Source of the DNA: an uncultured virus (IMG/VR IMGVR_UViG_3300028394_000068)
Taxonomy: Duplodnaviria; Heunggongvirae; Uroviricota; Caudoviricetes
Length of the DNA stretch: 64,000 nucleotides
IMG/VR virus record: IMGVR_UViG_3300028394_000068
Direction: 5' to 3' (one strand)
Numbering within the stretch: position 1 is the stretch's first letter; the number at the start of each line of letters is the position of its first letter. Position numbers and translations under genes: made by a program. The notes beneath the pieces are model-generated. The model was not told the DNA's origin and did no database searches. It saw only the letters and a program-made list of their open reading frames with translations. This document shows positions 59,457 to 64,000 of the stretch, in pieces.

Positions 59457-62240
59457 ATGATATCACAAGAAGAAATTAAAAGTTTCCTTGAGGGCAACGA
59501 CCCTGAGGAACATATCGTAGCAATAGAATACGACTACCAATCAGACCACATTTTTAAAATAAAAGAAGTTCCCGGTAAAGGAAAATCAATTAACAGAGAC
59601 ACATTTATTGCCTTTGCTTGGGTTGGAGACCTACATGGACTTAATTTTTATTCTGGATCTAAAGAACAACAGAAAGAAGCAATGACCAAATATGGTATTA
59701 TAATTGATAAATTAAGGACCGACGGTAATGAAAGATTAGAGAATGGTTTAACATTTCTTGTTAAATCTCTAAAGGGATACAGAACCCTTATTCAGTTCTT
59801 CCGTGATGGAGGAATTGATCCATGGGGTGAAAACGCAAAAGATAGAATAATGTTATTGTCACCTGTAGAACAATACTTGGTTTCAAAGGAAAAACGATTA
59901 TTTAAAGGATTTGACGAATATAACGACATTACTAGACTTGTATTTGACCTTGAAACGACCTCACTTGAACCAAAGGACGGTCGTATCTTTATGATTGGGA
60001 TCAAAACAAACAAGGGGTTTATGAAAGTAATTGAATGTAAAGACTCTGATGAAGAGAGAAGAGGTCTTGTTGAGTTTTTTAGAACCATAGATGAGATTAA
60101 ACCGTCAATTATTTCTGGATACAACTCAGCAAACTTTGACTGGTTTTGGATATTTGAGAGATGTAAGGCCCTTAATTTGGACATTAAAAAGATTGCAACA
60201 CCAATGATTTCAAATAAAACAATCTCACAAAGGGAATCTATGTTAAAGTTAGCAAACGAAGTTGAGATGTTTAACCAAGTTAAAATGTGGGGTTACAACG
60301 TAATTGATATAATTCACTCCGTTCGCAGAGCTCAGGCAATTAACTCAAACATTAAAGAGGCAGGTCTAAAGTATATTACAAAATTTATTGAAGCCGAATC
60401 TGCCGATCGTATATATATTGACCACACTAAAATTGGATCAATGTATGCAGAAAAAGAGGATTATTGGTTAAATACCCAAAATGGTAATTATAAGAAAGTT
60501 GGGTCAGACCAAAAAATTGATGAGATATGTGTAAGACGAGGAGACATTTACATTAAAACAACTGGTGATAATATCGTTGAGCAATATCTTGAGGATGACC
60601 TTGACGAAACTCTATTGGTGGATGATGAATTCAATCAAGCAACATTTCTATTGGCATCATTAGTTCCAACAACATATGAAAGAGCATCAACAATGGGGAC
60701 AGCAACTCTTTGGAAAATGGTAATGTTGGCTTGGTCATATAAACATGGATTGGCAATACCACAGAAAAAAGAAAAAAGAAACTTTGTTGGTGGATTATCT
60801 AGATTATTAAAAGTAGGGTATTCTAAGAACGTATTAAAGCTCGATTACTCCTCACTATACCCATCCATTCAGTTAGTTCACGACGTGTTCCCTGAGTGTG
60901 ATATAACGGGGTCAATGAAGGGGTTTTTAACTTACTTCCGGAATTCTCGTATTATGTATAAGAATTTATCTGCAGAATATAAGACAATTGATAAGAAGAA
61001 ATCGACCTCATATGATCGTAAACAATTGCCAATTAAGATTTTTATTAACGCATTCTTCGGATCATTATCGGCACCACATGTATTTCCGTGGGGTGACATT
61101 GACATGGGTGAACAAATAACATGCACGGGTAGACAATACTTAAGACAAATGTTAAAGTTCTTTAGTAAAAAGGGGTATAGTCCTTTGGTATGTGATACAG
61201 ATGGTATGAACTTCTCATTACCTGATGGTGGTGTTGATGATAGAACATATGTTGGAAAAGGAAAAAATTGGTTAGTTAAAGAAGGTAAAGAATATAACGG
61301 GTATGATGCTGATGTTGCCGAGTTTAATGATTTATTTATGAAAGGTGAGATGGGTCTTGATTGTGACGGAACTTGGGATTCTTGTATTAACTTGGCTCGT
61401 AAGAATTACGCAACAATGGAACACAACGGTAAAGTTAAATTAACGGGTAATAGTATTAAGTCCAAAAAAATGCCAAAATACATTGAGAAGTTTTTGGATA
61501 AGGGAGTTAAACAATTACTTAGAGGTGAGGGAAAAGAATTTATTGATTGGTATTATGAATACATTCAAAAGATATTTGACCTAAGAGTTCCTTTGGCAGA
61601 GATTGCATCAAAAGCAAGAGTTAAAATAAGTGTTGAGGATTACATTAAACGTAGTAAACAAACAACAAAGTCGGGTAGTTTAATGTCAAGACAAGCACAT
61701 ATGGAACTTATTATTAGAGATGGGATACAATCTAATCTTGGTGATGTAATCTTATATGTGAACAATGGAAATAAGGCGTCTCATGGTGATGTCCAAAAAA
61801 TAAATGAAAAAATGCCAAAAAAAGAAATGGATTTATTTTTTGAGATTAATGGTAGTAAACCTATTTTGGGGTCTCACGTCCAATTAAATTGTTATCGTAT
61901 TGAACCATCTGATTTAGAAAATAATCCTGAAATGTTAGGAGAATACAACATTCAACGAGCAATTGCAACATTTAATAAACGAGTAGAACCATTGTTAATA
62001 GTATTTGACGATGAGGTTAGAGATACATTATTGGTTAAAAATCCAGAGGATAGAAGTTTTTATACTTCAGGTCAATGTAAGTTAATTAATGGCAAACCAT
62101 TCAGTCCTGAAGATCAAGATGATGTTTATGAGAACTTAATCAAAATGGAACAAGGTGAAGTTGATTTTTGGGATTCTGTTGGTGTTGATCCTAATTACAT
62201 TTATGAATTAGCTGAGACAGGTTGGGAAGAATTTATTTAA
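59457..62240 (+). CDS. Family B DNA polymerase
   Basis: FDLET and GYNSANFD (exo); LDYSSLYPS, KIFINAFFG, DTDG (pol). Confidence 0.95.
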   Translation: MISQEEIKSFLEGNDPEEHIVAIEYDYQSDHIFKIKEVPGKGKSINRDTFIAFAWVGDLHGLNFYSGSKEQQKEAMTKYGIIIDKLRTDGNERLENGLTFLVKSLKGYRTLIQFFRDGGIDPWGENAKDRIMLLSPVEQYLVSKEKRLFKGFDEYNDITRLVFDLETTSLEPKDGRIFMIGIKTNKGFMKVIECKDSDEERRGLVEFFRTIDEIKPSIISGYNSANFDWFWIFERCKALNLDIKKIATPMISNKTISQRESMLKLANEVEMFNQVKMWGYNVIDIIHSVRRAQAINSNIKEAGLKYITKFIEAESADRIYIDHTKIGSMYAEKEDYWLNTQNGNYKKVGSDQKIDEICVRRGDIYIKTTGDNIVEQYLEDDLDETLLVDDEFNQATFLLASLVPTTYERASTMGTATLWKMVMLAWSYKHGLAIPQKKEKRNFVGGLSRLLKVGYSKNVLKLDYSSLYPSIQLVHDVFPECDITGSMKGFLTYFRNSRIMYKNLSAEYKTIDKKKSTSYDRKQLPIKIFINAFFGSLSAPHVFPWGDIDMGEQITCTGRQYLRQMLKFFSKKGYSPLVCDTDGMNFSLPDGGVDDRTYVGKGKNWLVKEGKEYNGYDADVAEFNDLFMKGEMGLDCDGTWDSCINLARKNYATMEHNGKVKLTGNSIKSKKMPKYIEKFLDKGVKQLLRGEGKEFIDWYYEYIQKIFDLRVPLAEIASKARVKISVEDYIKRSKQTTKSGSLMSRQAHMELIIRDGIQSNLGDVILYVNNGNKASHGDVQKINEKMPKKEMDLFFEINGSKPILGSHVQLNCYRIEPSDLENNPEMLGEYNIQRAIATFNKRVEPLLIVFDDEVRDTLLVKNPEDRSFYTSGQCKLINGKPFSPEDQDDVYENLIKMEQGEVDFWDSVGVDPNYIYELAETGWEEFI

Positions 62241-62246
62241 CAGTTG

Positions 62247-62594
62247 TCAATCCATTTTAACTCCATCAGAGGAAAGCACATACCAAACACCATTGATGTT
62301 TTGTAATTCAACACAAGCACCACGACCAATAGAAATTTCATCCCAATCCTCATCTATTCTACCAATATCTGGTATTATAACACAATTGGTTAATGTTTTA
62401 ATTTTAATTCTTTCTGTGGTTGTTGAGTCTAACTTTATTTTTGATTGTGTTACATCTCTAACAATTATTAGGTCTTCACCAAGTGTAGAATAAAAATCTT
62501 TATTAACGATTAATGTTTTAAAGTCATTTAAATTAACTGTTCTATTTGATTTAAAAACTGTTTTACGAATTGGGGTTTCTCTTATTATTGACAT
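62247..62594 (-). CDS. Hypothetical (virion) protein
   Basis: 115-aa ORF downstream of the neck gene. Confidence 0.55.
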   Translation of the reverse strand: MSIIRETPIRKTVFKSNRTVNLNDFKTLIVNKDFYSTLGEDLIIVRDVTQSKIKLDSTTTERIKIKTLTNCVIIPDIGRIDEDWDEISIGRGACVELQNINGVWYVLSSDGVKMD

Positions 62595-62598
62595 AAAA

Positions 62599-63729
62599 TT
62601 AAATTACATATATTTGACGAGGCATTGCTCTGAACTTAAGTTGTTTGTTAAGGTTTTCAGCAAGTAACGCCTCTCGTTCCATGATTTTTTCAGGACGAAG
62701 TCTTGTTAATCTGCCTTCAGCTCCAATAAGTTCGTCTATTAGTTTTGTTTTTTCATCTTTACCTTCTGTTGCCAATGTTGCATATTCCATAGTTAATTCA
62801 CCGTCAGGGGTTTTTAAACTACCACTAAATTTACCTCTAACTTTTGATAAAGTTTCTTTACAATATGCGGTAAAATATCTTCTAACCCAAACTTGAGCCG
62901 GATTATTTAACTTATACCAACTTAATTTATCAAATGGAACATCAGATGGTAATAATACTATATCAGGATTATCAGTTAAGCATTTGTCCCTATCACCCTG
63001 ATTAGTATCATAATACCAATACCAAACTTGTCCTTTAGATAGACTTGAATTACCAAAATCAAATCTACCTCCTGGCGTATTTAACAGGTGTAACGCTTTT
63101 TTACCACCAGGTAATGCTGTAATATAATAAGTTAAGTCCCCAACAAGCATTCTTCTTTGAATATTAATTTCTTGCATTCTTAATAACATATCAAACGCTG
63201 GAGTTAAAAAATAACCACCCCCCATTGAATTTCCCATTTGAGCAAGACCTCCTCCTCCTCCAAGTCCGGTTCCATCTCCAAAACCCCCAAAACCACCAAC
63301 ACCAAACATCACGCTATTAAGAGTTGCTGGCGTAAACCACAACACTTCATTAATTTCACGACCTGCGGGTATTTCATATATTTGTTGATTAGCAACTAAC
63401 TGAACATAATCTTTTTTAATTTCCCAATCTCCACCGGCTTGTAATCCAACAATTTTAGAATACGCATAAGTGTATCGAGTTTCAAAGTCTAAACTTTTTG
63501 TTACAAAGGCTCTAGATAATGACTGTGTGTCTAAATTTAAATTATAAAGTGATGTCCATTGAGACTCAATTAACCAATCCTGCACATATTGTGAGTAATC
63601 CTCAATTGAAAACTCTAAAAGAGTATCCATCATTTCATCTTCCAGTTCTACGGATCTTAATGGTGCTCCAAGTAAATGTCTTACTTTTTGATAAAACTGA
63701 CTTCTTTCTGGTTCATTAATAATTGACAT
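62599..63729 (-). CDS. Neck/head-completion protein (T4 gp13-like)
   Basis: LGAPLRSVELED, WVRRY..A..KE.L..VRGKFSG pattern. Confidence 0.75.
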   Translation of the reverse strand: MSIINEPERSQFYQKVRHLLGAPLRSVELEDEMMDTLLEFSIEDYSQYVQDWLIESQWTSLYNLNLDTQSLSRAFVTKSLDFETRYTYAYSKIVGLQAGGDWEIKKDYVQLVANQQIYEIPAGREINEVLWFTPATLNSVMFGVGGFGGFGDGTGLGGGGGLAQMGNSMGGGYFLTPAFDMLLRMQEINIQRRMLVGDLTYYITALPGGKKALHLLNTPGGRFDFGNSSLSKGQVWYWYYDTNQGDRDKCLTDNPDIVLLPSDVPFDKLSWYKLNNPAQVWVRRYFTAYCKETLSKVRGKFSGSLKTPDGELTMEYATLATEGKDEKTKLIDELIGAEGRLTRLRPEKIMEREALLAENLNKQLKFRAMPRQIYVI

Positions 63730-63755
63730 AGTTTTTATTTATAAATATCAAAAAA

Positions 63756-64000
63756 TTAAAAAGAAATTTTTATAAGTTCATTTTTATATTGTTCTAATAA
63801 ACCTTCAATATCAACAGATCCTCCAAGTTCTTTTACTTTTTGAGATAACATTTTAATTTTATCTGTCAAATATTTAATTTCTTCTTGGTTGTTTCTTAAA
63901 AGTTTTGGTTTCAATTGTATATTATTTATTTTTTCTTCAGTATCAAATGTTGTATTTGTTTTAATTGGTTCTTCATAATAAAAAATTAGATATTTGGGTA
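63756..64000 (-). CDS. Hypothetical protein, C-terminal part (5'-truncated by window edge)
   Basis: Open frame from window end, ...VDIEGLLEQYKNELIKISF*. Confidence 0.45.
   Translation of the reverse strand, partial: PKYLIFYYEEPIKTNTTFDTEEKINNIQLKPKLLRNNQEEIKYLTDKIKMLSQKVKELGGSVDIEGLLEQYKNELIKISF

Noticed and set aside
59457..62240. Intein or intron in DNA polymerase (also checked terminase and MCP)
   Set aside because: Motifs are contiguous at normal spacing; no Hint or LAGLIDADG signature.
1..64000. Stop-codon reassignment as in some large phages
   Set aside because: Core genes are full length in code 11; TAG and TGA serve as true stops (e.g. clpC, smpB, portal).

Overview
AT-rich 64-kb segment of a large T4-like (myovirus-type, probably jumbo) bacteriophage genome using the standard genetic code. 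The host is most likely Bacteroidota (Flavobacteria-like), based on the bS21, SmpB and DUF4494 homologues and on repeated TTTG-N19/20-TAnnTTTG promoters. Layout: baseplate/fibre genes (1-8.2 kb); virion peptidoglycan-hydrolase genes (9.4-13.7 kb); head module (MCP, scaffold, prohead protease, portal, terminase) with an antisense bS21 gene (14.5-34 kb); and a translation-rescue/RNA island (35-51 kb). That island holds an N-domain-less ClpC, tmRNA, SmpB, a ~810-nt GOLLD-like structured RNA, a cluster of aberrant tRNA-like RNAs (one circularly permuted) and a split Rnl1/Pnk/phosphoesterase RNA-repair set. Further right are more fibre genes, an LCIB-type carbonic anhydrase fused to a putative virion-docking domain, a family-B DNA polymerase and a neck protein. 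The best candidate for an undescribed system is the non-coding operon at 43.4-45.2 kb. All calls come from reading motifs by eye; no database searches or folding programs were run.
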